In this document: positions 18,943 through 29,100 of the stretch, piece by piece
Layout of the letters: every line of letters starts with the position of its first letter
How positions within the stretch are numbered: position 1 is the first letter of the stretch
Source: Candidatus Cloacimonetes bacterium HGW-Cloacimonetes-1
GTDB lineage: Bacteria > Cloacimonadota > Cloacimonadia > Cloacimonadales > Cloacimonadaceae
Length of the DNA stretch: 64,000 bases
Assembly (NCBI GenBank): GCA_002841975.1
Contig: PHBQ01000017.1
Coordinates: 33,695 to 97,694 of the forward strand
Direction of reading: 5' to 3'
Program-made: the position numbers and the translations under genes
Notes under the pieces: model-generated
Told to the model about the DNA's origin: nothing
Database searches by the model: none
The model's input: the letters and a program-made list of their open reading frames with translations, nothing else

Positions 18943-19749
18943 TTAGAGATAGCGCAGCATTTCCCGGTCCGTAACTCCGGCGTACAGCTCGATATAGGGT
19001 TTGACGGGACTGATATTGATCTTGGGGAAAAAGACTTCCTCGATCTGGAAAAAGCCAACTGAGGCGTTCATTTCGACCGTGATCGAGATCGGTTTTTCTT
19101 TGCCCTTGGCGATCTTCACTTTTTGGATAGCGCTGGCACTGGTGCGGTGAATATCTCCGGCACGGGGCTCCATCGAGAGGATAGAAGGTATTCTGGCGCG
19201 ACCTTTTTCCATATCGCTGCCGTCCCCGATCAGGACTAGACCGGCTTCCAAGGAGTGAATCTTGCGGGTTGCCATGTGCCCGAAGATACCTTCGATAGCC
19301 ACAGATCGCACTGCAGCCTTGAGCAGCATTTCTTCTTTGGCATAGATTTGATCCAAGATATTGTCGATGATTGGCATCGCCAGCTGAATACTCAAGTACT
19401 CGTGCTGATCGCGGGTGATCATCATGCCCAGATCGTGCAACAGCGCGGCAAAAAGCACAGACACCAACGAATCGTCCGCAGTACCCACGTGTTCCTTTTC
19501 CAGATTCATCTCAATCCCTGCCTCATGCAGCAGATTGAACATCTTGATCGAATAATAGGTAGCCTTGCGCATGTGGACAGGGCCATGATCGTTGTAACCG
19601 AGGCGTTTGATCGAAACTATATTGGCATACTCATGCATCGCCTGCAATTGTTCATCTTCAAAGAGCAGGGTCGCTGCCATGAGTGGCTTGCCGGATAATA
19701 ATTTTATGATTCTCTCTTCCAGAGAGCTTTGTTTTACTGATTTGTTCAT
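18943..19749 (-). CDS. HD-domain phosphohydrolase
   Basis: 268 aa with H...HD metal-binding residues (HGPVHM ... ALLHDLGM). Confidence 0.75.
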   Translation of the reverse strand: MNKSVKQSSLEERIIKLLSGKPLMAATLLFEDEQLQAMHEYANIVSIKRLGYNDHGPVHMRKATYYSIKMFNLLHEAGIEMNLEKEHVGTADDSLVSVLFAALLHDLGMMITRDQHEYLSIQLAMPIIDNILDQIYAKEEMLLKAAVRSVAIEGIFGHMATRKIHSLEAGLVLIGDGSDMEKGRARIPSILSMEPRAGDIHRTSASAIQKVKIAKGKEKPISITVEMNASVGFFQIEEVFFPKINISPVKPYIELYAGVTDREMLRYL

Positions 19750-19815
19750 TGTATTTCTCCTAATAAGTGATAATATAGTGCACTAATGGCTAAATCCCAC
19801 TGTGCTTTAGCTTTG

Positions 19816-21390
19816 TTATCGCAGATACTTCAGGATATCGGGACTCAGACCCAATACTTCCGCAATTTTGATGGCACATAGGGGTGGTGCCTGACGAGTG
19901 CGTAACCTCATGATCCGATAGTCCATCGCATCATTCAATATCTGAAGCCGGAGTTTCAGATCCATCGTGTTTTCCAAGCTTGTAAATACATCCTCGGAAA
20001 AGCCTGTGATCGCATATTGCACAATATGCGGTAGTCTGGTAGGGGCTGTGTAATGGGTAGCCGCAAAGCACTGATGCTTGGTAGTTTGCAAATAGCGCAA
20101 AACTGCTGTGGCAATGGCTTCACCTTCGGAAGGATTTGTACCTTTACCAAATTCATCGAGCAAGATCAATCCCCGCCCCCGATGCTTGAGCGCTTGGGAC
20201 AGCGAGACCGTTTCTCTACCAAAGCTACTGAGATCGGCACTGTCTGTTTCGTCATCCAGATTGTACCAGATAAAATCAAAGAGCGGAATATCGGCAGCAG
20301 CACAGGGTAGTGGAATTGCATGTTTTGCCATTTGACACAGCTGCCCCAGAGTCTTGAGGGCAGTGGTTTTACCACCCATATTGGGACCTGTGAGGATATT
20401 GACCTTGGAACTCAGTTCCAAATCCAGCGCTTGCAGATGTCGCCCCGTATTATCCAAATGCTCCTGCAACGGCAGGTTGATTGCTCCCGTGATCCGGATC
20501 ACAGATTTTGAGGAGATGCGCGGTGTGATACAGCCATGCAGAGATCCAAATTCTGCTCGGGCAAAGTCCCAATCTATATTCGTAATCGCCGATATTGCAG
20601 TTTCTATGCGGCTTAAGTGTTTTTTTATACGAAGATTCAGTTTGGCCAGCACTGCTGCTTCGACCGTTTTGAGTCGTTGACGTAACCGATAAATCTTTGC
20701 CTTCAGAGTTCTGATTGCTTTGGAATCACTCAGAGTAAATGTGACGTTTGCCATGTTTTCGGAACTGATTACAAAATACGAACTTTGGGAGAGCTGTTCA
20801 ATCAAGCTCCCTTGCATCCGTGAAATTACAAATTGGGCTTTGAGATTGGGCATTTGTAGATTATCTCTGGCATTCACGAGATGCTGATGCTCCTTGTGAC
20901 GCAGTTCCAGGCTCGCCTGTTGGAGTGCTGCCAAGGTCTGAGCCAAACTGGCTGAATAGACAGGACTGAGCTGAAATACCGGCATCTGCAAACGATCCGG
21001 ATCCAATATTTCATAGACTTTGTGCAAGTCCGGCAGCGTGTGCAGAGACTTCAGATTGGATCGAATGTATAGGTTCCTGATCTTTGTGTAATAGTGCACA
21101 AATAGCTTCAGCTCAAAAAGGTCGTGCAATTCCAGTTCCCGTTCTGCACTGGGGCTAATGAGAGCCGGGATGTGAGCCAGATAATCACGGAGTTCGTCTC
21201 TCAACCCGGGCTGCTGTGCAAACCCCTCCATCAGCAATTGAATGCGCTGGTACTGCGTTTTGATCTCCCGGGCAGTGGGTGCTACTGTGTGCAGAGTCTT
21301 TCTCTTCAAAGACTTCCCATGATCCGTCTGGGGGACTATTTGCGCATAGATTTGATCGAGATTGAGTGCCTTAATATTGCTCTGTTGCAT
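19816..21390 (-). CDS. MutS-family ATPase (MutS2-like) lacking an Smr nuclease domain
   Basis: 524 aa. MutS domain V Walker A is TGPNMGGKTT, followed by LLDEFGKGTNP. The protein ends shortly after the ATPase core, and no Smr or N-terminal mismatch-binding domain is evident. Confidence 0.8.
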   Translation of the reverse strand: MQQSNIKALNLDQIYAQIVPQTDHGKSLKRKTLHTVAPTAREIKTQYQRIQLLMEGFAQQPGLRDELRDYLAHIPALISPSAERELELHDLFELKLFVHYYTKIRNLYIRSNLKSLHTLPDLHKVYEILDPDRLQMPVFQLSPVYSASLAQTLAALQQASLELRHKEHQHLVNARDNLQMPNLKAQFVISRMQGSLIEQLSQSSYFVISSENMANVTFTLSDSKAIRTLKAKIYRLRQRLKTVEAAVLAKLNLRIKKHLSRIETAISAITNIDWDFARAEFGSLHGCITPRISSKSVIRITGAINLPLQEHLDNTGRHLQALDLELSSKVNILTGPNMGGKTTALKTLGQLCQMAKHAIPLPCAAADIPLFDFIWYNLDDETDSADLSSFGRETVSLSQALKHRGRGLILLDEFGKGTNPSEGEAIATAVLRYLQTTKHQCFAATHYTAPTRLPHIVQYAITGFSEDVFTSLENTMDLKLRLQILNDAMDYRIMRLRTRQAPPLCAIKIAEVLGLSPDILKYLR

Positions 21391-21480
21391 CTTTTTGTTC
21401 CTTGCTATTCCGTTAGAACATTATCCTTGTTTAAACGTAAATTGTGTCAATTCTTTTTTTGCTTGCTCCGGCCAATATCT

Positions 21481-21565
21481 GGTGCTACCCTCGTGCTTCC
21501 CTCGTGATTCCCGGGTGCGACGAGGGGATCACGAGGGAATCGCCTCGCCAGCATGAGAGATTGCA
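21481..21565. repeat. Family A intergenic palindromic repeat, copy 3 (inverted relative to copy 2)
   Basis: ggtgctaccctcgtgcttccctcgtgattcccgggtgcgacgaggggatcacgagggaatcgcctcgccagcatgagagattg. Its reverse complement aligns with copy 2, including caatctctcatgc. Confidence 0.75.
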
Positions 21566-21573
21566 AGATCAGC

Positions 21574-23877
21574 TTAGTTTTGATAATGGATTATACTGCC
21601 ATCTGCAGTAATGCGATAGCGGATTTGATGATGGTTCAGACGCTCGGTAGTCTGGCTATGCGGAAAGCCGTATCTATTATGCAAGGAGGTGCTAATCCAC
21701 GCTTCCCGGGGGTGTACAGTCTCCAGAAAGAGATCACTGCCAGAACTTTTACTGCCATGATGCGGGATCTTGATGTATTGTGCCGCCAGCTCCATTGGAT
21801 AGTGGTCCAGCAGATATTCCTCGGCATCCTTTTCGATATCGCCGGTAAAGAGATAACGCTGGGTTCCATGACTGAGTCGTAACACTATAGAGCGATTGTT
21901 TTCGTTGCTGGTAAAATAGCTATTATCGGGATGCAGAAATTGGAGGCGGCTCTTCCCCGCATAGTAGCTGATAGTATCGGAGATCACGTGTACGGTGCTA
22001 CCTTTCAAGTAGCCCCAGCTCTGCCACGCATTCCAGGCGGCAGTTTGTATTGTTTCATCCGTTACTGCTATATTTTTCACGGGGAGTGTGGTAACCAGTG
22101 CCGGGAAACCACCATAATGATCGACGTGCATATGGCTCAAGATCAGCCAATCTATCTGTTTTACATTGTTACGCAGCAGCCAGCTTAGGAGTTTGCGTCG
22201 CATCCAGCTTGCTTGCAAGAATTCGTCCGGGGTAGTGGTGGCATCATCGGTCCAGCCCACACCCGTATCGATCATGATGTTTTCCCCGGTGGGGAGCTGA
22301 ATCAGGCTACAATCTGCCAGACCAGCATTGAAGACTATGACTTTAAAGCTATCCGGCTGCAGGTATCTGGGCAGGAGCACTACCAAAAGCGAGATCACCG
22401 TTACGGGGATCAAAGCCAGCTTCAGAAGCCGCCATTTGCGGTTGAGAGCCATATATAAAAGGACTATCAACTGCAGTGAGATCACCAGTGCGGCGGTACT
22501 GAAATAAACTCGATCAAAATATAGGGGTAAGCGCGCGCAGATATCTACCCATTTGCCGAATAGCATGAAGATCCATTCATAGCTCAAGTGTAAGGCTTCA
22601 AATACGGTGTTTCCGGCAGGAATCAGCATTAGCAGGAAGGATAGCGGTAGCAAAAGTCCGATCAGTGGTACTCCCAGGATGTTACCAATAATCCCGTTTA
22701 AGGATGCTTGATTGAAATAGTAGAGAGTGATGGGGAATACTCCGATACCTACCAACAGGGAAAGGACTATATAGTTAAATTGCGCGTTTACAAAGCGTCG
22801 AGCCATGGATCTCTCGGTTCGTTCAGCATGCCATAACTGCACACGAGGCAAGGCAAAGAGAATAATCCCGACACAGATGTAAGAGAGTTGCAAACCTACC
22901 GAGAATAATTGCCGGGGAGCAATGATCGTGATAATGAAGAGCGATACTGACAAGATCTGGAGCTTTGAAAGAGGCCGGCTGAACCATCTGGAAACAATGA
23001 ATATCGCAATCATCAACACCGATCTTACAACCGATGGAGCCCAGTTGTTGAGAGCCGTAAAGCATAGTGCCACAATCAAGAAGATCAGTTCCGCCAGCCT
23101 GCGGGGCAAAAACAGATTGAATAGAACCATCAACATCAAATAGATAAACCAGACGTGCAGACCACTCACCACCACCAGGTGGATCATCCCACCGCGGGTG
23201 AGCCTGTCTTTCATTTCATACTTGGCGGAGCTATCACTCAATAGTAGTGCCTTTGCCAGCCCGGAGTGTTCCCCAATCTTAGAGTCTGCAAGCTGTAGTA
23301 AATCGTTGCGTAGCATTGGCAAGCTCCGAGCCAGCTGTCTCTGCCAATGGGCAGAGGCCGGGATCAGATGAGCTTCACCCACCACATACGCTTTGGCTGG
23401 ATACCTGCGAAAACCGTTGTCCAGCAGATCGTCTTGGCGCAGGGGTTGCAGATCCGCCATTGCCCGATATGCCGAGCCTACTGTTAATTTAGCTTTTCCA
23501 TATAGAATGATCTGCTCTTGCAGGGGAGCACCCGCCAGGCTGTCCACCCGTACGATATAGGAATCAAATTCCTGGTTGTGCACGGATCGTACTTCAAATA
23601 CCACGTTCTGCCGGATGTTTGATTTGGTGTAAAACAGATGGTCAAATACAGATGGATGTTGAGAAGTCAGATCTAAGCGTTGATAACCCAAGACAAGGAT
23701 GAGCAGGAGCAAGAGATAGAGGCGCAAACGCGGAAAAAACCACGCAGCAGCGGCAAATACCAGCCCGATTATCCAGGCATAGGATTGCCCCGGAATAGCA
23801 AACGCCACTCCTATCCCGATGATCCAAAATAACACCGGTAAGAGGAGTGGCGAAGGTAAAGCTATAGAGTCTTTCAC
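21574..23877 (-). CDS. comEC: DNA internalization-related competence protein ComEC/Rec2
   Basis: 767 aa. Polytopic competence domain plus a C-terminal metallo-beta-lactamase domain (LSHMHVDHYGG ... HHGS). Confidence 0.9.
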   Translation of the reverse strand: MKDSIALPSPLLLPVLFWIIGIGVAFAIPGQSYAWIIGLVFAAAAWFFPRLRLYLLLLLILVLGYQRLDLTSQHPSVFDHLFYTKSNIRQNVVFEVRSVHNQEFDSYIVRVDSLAGAPLQEQIILYGKAKLTVGSAYRAMADLQPLRQDDLLDNGFRRYPAKAYVVGEAHLIPASAHWQRQLARSLPMLRNDLLQLADSKIGEHSGLAKALLLSDSSAKYEMKDRLTRGGMIHLVVVSGLHVWFIYLMLMVLFNLFLPRRLAELIFLIVALCFTALNNWAPSVVRSVLMIAIFIVSRWFSRPLSKLQILSVSLFIITIIAPRQLFSVGLQLSYICVGIILFALPRVQLWHAERTERSMARRFVNAQFNYIVLSLLVGIGVFPITLYYFNQASLNGIIGNILGVPLIGLLLPLSFLLMLIPAGNTVFEALHLSYEWIFMLFGKWVDICARLPLYFDRVYFSTAALVISLQLIVLLYMALNRKWRLLKLALIPVTVISLLVVLLPRYLQPDSFKVIVFNAGLADCSLIQLPTGENIMIDTGVGWTDDATTTPDEFLQASWMRRKLLSWLLRNNVKQIDWLILSHMHVDHYGGFPALVTTLPVKNIAVTDETIQTAAWNAWQSWGYLKGSTVHVISDTISYYAGKSRLQFLHPDNSYFTSNENNRSIVLRLSHGTQRYLFTGDIEKDAEEYLLDHYPMELAAQYIKIPHHGSKSSGSDLFLETVHPREAWISTSLHNRYGFPHSQTTERLNHHQIRYRITADGSIIHYQN

Positions 23878-23898
23878 ACCCGGGAGCAGCGGCGTGGG

Positions 23899-24429
23899 TT
23901 ATTTGCGGTTAAAGAATCCCAGGATCAGTCCCAAAACCACAGACCACAAGGCTGCCAGCCCTATCCGAAAGTCTTCTGCTAACATAAAAGTCATCGTGTG
24001 TGCAGGTATCCAAAACCAGATCAAAGACATCATGCCTTTGTCCAAACCCTTCCAGTTCTTTACTTTGAGGGGGATATTGTCCAGCACGCGATGCAAGATC
24101 ACGAGGGTTAAACCAAACTGCAGATTCATCAAGGCGGAAATAGTGAAAGCCTTGCCAAATTTACTCAGTTCCGGCAGCATCTCATGCTCCACGAGGTAAT
24201 CCGTAAATCCTATAAATCCCTTGAATGCATACTTGATGCCGATTGCCAGGATAGCCCAGACTATCATCTTCCAAATGGTCATCCCCAAACTAAATGGGAA
24301 TTTGGTGTTTTTGTTGATAATCCACTTGGATAAGATCTCACCAAAGGTGCCCAAAATTGCAAACTGGATCATTGCCATTGTTAGTGGATAAGCATGAACA
24401 TAATCGATATAGACCTGTAGCAGGTTCAT
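23899..24429 (-). CDS. Hypothetical integral membrane protein
   Basis: About 176 aa with 4-5 hydrophobic helices. ATG 24429 is preceded by GAGGAG, so it is preferred over the track's TTG at 24450. Confidence 0.55.
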   Translation of the reverse strand: MNLLQVYIDYVHAYPLTMAMIQFAILGTFGEILSKWIINKNTKFPFSLGMTIWKMIVWAILAIGIKYAFKGFIGFTDYLVEHEMLPELSKFGKAFTISALMNLQFGLTLVILHRVLDNIPLKVKNWKGLDKGMMSLIWFWIPAHTMTFMLAEDFRIGLAALWSVVLGLILGFFNRK

Positions 24430-24446
24430 AATACTCCTCTCCGCAA

Positions 24447-25589
24447 TCAATACGCCAACATCAATAGAGATTCGATGTCGGATGCGGTAAATCTACTGAT
24501 AGATCCCACAATTGGCATCACCATGATTATGTCAACTATCTTGGAGAGGTCTGCTTTTCTGATGCCCAGGTCGCGCAGTCTGCCTGCGGAACCCCAGGCC
24601 TCTATTTTGTCCCTGAATCTGCGTAGAGCTCGGGATGGGTTGTCTTCCTGCCACACTTCGCGCGACCAGCGGTGAAACTTGGCAGGCTCCCGTTCGGACA
24701 TAAATTCGATCCAAGCTGGGAATATCACTCCTAGGCCTTCACCATGCGAAATCTTGGGATACAATGCCGAGAGGGCATGCTCGATTTGATGACAAGCCCA
24801 ATCACCACCTTTCAGCCCAATGCTGGAGATCCCGTTCAAAGCCAGGGTTGCACTCCAGGCAAGGTTTCCCCGCGCTACCAGATCACAAGGATTTGCTTTG
24901 AGCAGATCGGTCATTTCTATAATTGTCCTCAGGATGGACTCATCAATTCTCAAGGTCACGAGTGGATTGGTATCGACAAAATAATATTCCAGGATATGTG
25001 CCGTGGCATCCAAAGCCCCATTCACAGTCTGTTGAAAAGGTAAACTGCACTGCACTCCGGGATCTATCACGGTGGCTGTGGGATACAATACTGGAGAGGC
25101 AATTGCCCACTTTTTTTGCTCTTCCGGATTGGTGATGACGGCATTGCCGTTCATCTCGGAGCCTGTAGCAGAGATGGTTAGAACGGTGTATATTGGTAGA
25201 GCCTGTAAAATCTCTTCCTTACGACAAAAGGCATTCCAGACATCATTGAGGAAAAAACCTGCCGCCACGGATTTGCCTGTATCAATCACGCTGCCACCCC
25301 CGACAGCCAAGACGGCCTGCACGTTCTCTTGCTTGGCCACTGCGATCAATTCCCGTACTCTTGTTACGGTCGGATTCGCTTGCACGCCCCAGCCTTCCAC
25401 CCAAGTAATGCCGTGTTTCTGCAGTGATTCCGTCACTTGTTTATAGACGCCATTTGTTTTTATCGAGCCGCTTCCGGCAATGAGCAGTACTCGTGATAGT
25501 CCCGCATCGGCTATTTCTTTGCCGATAACGCTGATCTGTCCTGCGCCAAAGTGAATCCGAGTAGGATTGTGAAAACTAAATGAGTTCAT
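24447..25589 (-). CDS. Iron-containing (group III) alcohol dehydrogenase, butanol dehydrogenase/YqhD-like
   Basis: AVGGGSVIDTGK NAD(P)-binding motif and His-rich metal site (HQIEHALS...HGEGLG). The likely start is MNSFSFHNPTRIHFG at 25589. Confidence 0.9.
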   Translation of the reverse strand: MNSFSFHNPTRIHFGAGQISVIGKEIADAGLSRVLLIAGSGSIKTNGVYKQVTESLQKHGITWVEGWGVQANPTVTRVRELIAVAKQENVQAVLAVGGGSVIDTGKSVAAGFFLNDVWNAFCRKEEILQALPIYTVLTISATGSEMNGNAVITNPEEQKKWAIASPVLYPTATVIDPGVQCSLPFQQTVNGALDATAHILEYYFVDTNPLVTLRIDESILRTIIEMTDLLKANPCDLVARGNLAWSATLALNGISSIGLKGGDWACHQIEHALSALYPKISHGEGLGVIFPAWIEFMSEREPAKFHRWSREVWQEDNPSRALRRFRDKIEAWGSAGRLRDLGIRKADLSKIVDIIMVMPIVGSISRFTASDIESLLMLAY

Positions 25590-25688
25590 TAAAAAACCTC
25601 CAGTATTCAAACCCCAATATAGAATTTCTGTAACTCCCCTAATATCAATATAAGGCGATTGAGGTCTATTGCAAGTGTGAGTTTGAAG

Positions 25689-25839
25689 TACCGGAGCTTC
25701 TCAGACCTCGGTATTGGCTTGTATTTCTGCGGAGGATCGGCATCCTCCGGCTACGTGGTCTCTTAGCGGAGCTTGCTGAAGCTCCGTTTTGCTTTTTCTT
25801 TTTTGCTTTTTGCGGAGGATCGGCATCCTCCGGCTACGT
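25689..25839. repeat. Two tandem copies of a composite two-hairpin intergenic element (family CB)
   Basis: The unit is a cggagcttgctgaagctccg hairpin, a T-rich spacer and a gcggaggatcggcatcctccggctacg hairpin. The unit recurs at 42616-42677 and, diverged, at 46660-46720. A half copy is at about 56629-56646. Confidence 0.75.
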
Positions 25840-26188
25840 ACCGGTGTCGCCCGTGAAGGGCTCAGGCTGTGAACAATGTGCCATTGGTACGTTAAGCGCG
25901 GGCGGTGGATCAGGGGTGGCAAATTCCGCTTTGCCACAGCGACCGCAGGTCGCTAAAGACATAGAACTGCGTTCTATCTGCCGAAGCGGAATTCGGCAGC
26001 CCTAACCTGCACTTTTCAAAATCTTGTTGAATGCCTAGTATATAAAGAGCTGTCAATGGTAGAGAAGACTTTGTCAACAATCTGCGCCCCTATAGGGCTT
26101 AGTCTGTCTGATGTTGCCATCCTGATAGATTATAGCCGGAGGGTGTGACTCCTCCGGCTAAACTGACAATAGCTATGCAGGTAATCTC

Positions 26189-29100
26189 TTAGCGGATTCC
26201 CACAGCCTGATAGAATTTAGCTCGTTGGACCACGGGACCAAAGTTCCAGCGGGTAGGAATGGTAAAACTACCGGAACTTGTTACTTCTGTGAATGGTCCA
26301 GCGGGGGTATCAGCCGCAAACACTTTGTATGTAGTCGCTCCGGAAACAGTTGTGATATCGAGCACGATGTCATTACCCTGGATACTTGCTGTGAGTGGAC
26401 TCTCTACGTAGGCGGTGATAGGCAGCACATTACTGCTGAGGGTTACAGCCGGGCTCAGCTCTACAGCGTTGATACTAACACTAAAATTACTGATATTGGT
26501 ATCGAAATCAGTTCCATCAAAGGAAAGTGTAATCGTGGCATGTGTGCTGTTTGTGTATGTCAAATTACCGATACTGACACCACTAGGAGCATTATTGAGG
26601 ATGAAGTTTACGGGCAATAATATCGCATCCGCAAAAGTACAATTTGTCAAAGTAACCGTTAGAGGTCGTTGTTGCAGATTCCCTTCGTTCAATGCATCGG
26701 CACTGATCCCGACAGTTCCTGCGGAGACCAGCGAGACACTGCCAACGGGTGAATACATGCTGACTCCAGAAGTGAAATAGGAGCGCAGACGATAGTAATA
26801 AGTGGTATTCGGACTGAGACCCGTGATGGACTTGGATGTAGTGAGACCGGCATCATAATTGGAGTATCCGCTTACAAATCCGGTGAAATTGCTATCGGTG
26901 GCAACATCCAGATAATACTTTGTGGCTGTGATAGGAGTAGACCAATTGACTGTAAATCCGGTGCTGCTGATATTGGTAGCCGCTGTCGGAACCGGGGTCC
27001 AGATATACTGAGCGTATTGAGGTGAGTCGATAAAGGGATTGCGATTGCCTTGACGTTCCTGGATGCGGTTGTTACGCTGCATCTCACGGGCATCGGGCGG
27101 ATCACTAACATGCCATTGTAACAACGTGGAAAGCTTACCATAATTGGGACCAGAGGTATTCGTCGCATCCACGATTTCGAGATTGTAGGAAGTGTCTGTC
27201 CCTTCGTAACGGACTGCCATATACATGATCATGCGGGCTACATCACCCTTGTCTTCAGGGCGGGGTTCCCAAGTATAAGTGGAGGTATAGCAGCCTGTGG
27301 CACCGGGATATCCGGTGTATGGCGAAGCATCTGTGTAGAGCGTACCGCCATTATCAAAATCCTTGTTACCTTTGGCAGAATTGACGGTCACGTCCGCTGG
27401 GCGCAGATGATGCAAGTCTGTGCCGGCAGGGGCTGTTTCGCCAAAGTCACCGTGACTCTTGGACCAGGTGTGTTCACGGTTCCATTCCGTGACAGCACCA
27501 CCATAATTGGTCTTGGGTACAGACCAGCCGGTATAGAGTTCGATCACATTGCTGGTATTATTGGGATCTTCATCCGTGTAGGGAAGCTGTGTCCACAGAG
27601 CATCATAGGAATAACGAGTGGTATGAGTAGTACGGATCAGTGTATGCAGTGATGCTTTGAGTGATGCTCCGTAACCAGTGATGCCAGTATAGTAGCCATT
27701 ACTAACTGTGTGTGTAGTGGTGGCACTGCGCGGATTGTTGACGGCAGTAACGGTCGTATATTTCGTCGTCGTACCGCTGCCATTGTATTCGTAAACACGC
27801 AGCCAATATGTGGTTTGCGTAGCAAGGCCTGTCACGGTCACTCCATTGAATACCGATCCTTCGATAATCTGAGATGCTCCGTTGTAGATCACCTGCTCGC
27901 CACTGCCACTATAAACTGTATTTACAGCAGGATCTGTGCCATCGACAGGATTTGTAAAGCTATTTGCAGTATTCATCTTCACGAGCCGTTTAGCTCCATT
28001 GCCGGGTGTCCATTCCGCCACTATGGATGTATCACCGGGATACATGACAAGGGCAGAGCTTTGGATAGTGGGGGCTGTGACCGTCGTAGATGTTCCATTG
28101 AACTGATGCGAGCCCAGATAACTGAACGTATCAACGGGGTAGGAAGTCCAATCTGCAGGACTGTAAGTCAGAGTGGGGGTGCTGATAGAGGCGTTGCGTA
28201 CCATGGTAACATCTCTTCCCCAGAATTCTGTGTTGTCGACATATCCCACGAGATCGATCATGACACCGTTTTTAAAGAGAGCCGTCGCATCGTTGCCATT
28301 AAAGCTCATAGCGGCAGCCGTCGTGGCTAGATCGACGTAGGCACTGCCAACCAAGTTTGTGCCACCGACTGTTGAAGATACCACTACATAAACGTCGCGA
28401 TCTGCCAGAGTTCCGGTTAAATTCAATAAATCATCGAAACCACCCGCTCCATTTGTCTGTTTTCTGATACTATAACCGGCGAGATTGACGGCAGCACCCG
28501 TGCCATTGAAAATCTCGATAGCTTTGTTGTAAGACGACCCTTCTACGTATTCGGAGATGATGAGGTCGGTGGCATTGGAGCCGGTATTTGCGGTCACCGT
28601 TCCTGCCACATTGAGTGTAACTGTCGGTGCACCGGTGCTACTGTGTACGATCTGACCTCCGATGATGCCGACATCAGCTCCGGTCATACGGACGTAGATG
28701 GTGCCGTTAAAGGCCGTGGATACACTGCCGGTAGCACTGTAATTGGCACCGCCGTCGGTGGATATCTCAAAGCCTGTGGGAGCTGTGAGCGAGATCGGAG
28801 AGGTGAGATCGATGCTGCTGAGAGTGTAAGCCTGAGCAGCTGAGACACTACCCTGATCTGTACTGAAAGTACTGAAGCTTCCTGTGGTCAGGATCTGCGG
28901 GTTGGTCTGCACAGAGGAACTGACGGAAACGTTCGTGAAGCCGATCTGGCGTCTGGTGCCAATTGTACCGGTACTCGTGGTAAACCACCGGATCACGATC
29001 TGTTGATCGGGAAGAATGTTCAAGCCACTCACCAAGGCACTGCGGGAGGCGTTGATACCATCTGCTGTGGAATATTCCAAGCCGGGGACGACTACACCAT

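Noticed and set aside
25729-25839. Possible CRISPR-like array (the same 27-nt palindromic repeat occurs twice, about 82 bp apart)
   Set aside because: There are only two copies. The spacer is itself another repeat hairpin. No cas genes are present, and the same unit is dispersed singly elsewhere.
25701-25937. 78-aa ORF in the 25.6-26.2 kb intergenic region. Similar ORFs lie at 42602-42784, 42807-43037, 42965-43348 and 46388-46624.
   Set aside because: They are composed of the hairpin-repeat modules, Arg/Pro/Gly-rich and without Shine-Dalgarno sequences. The repeats explain the open frames better than coding does.
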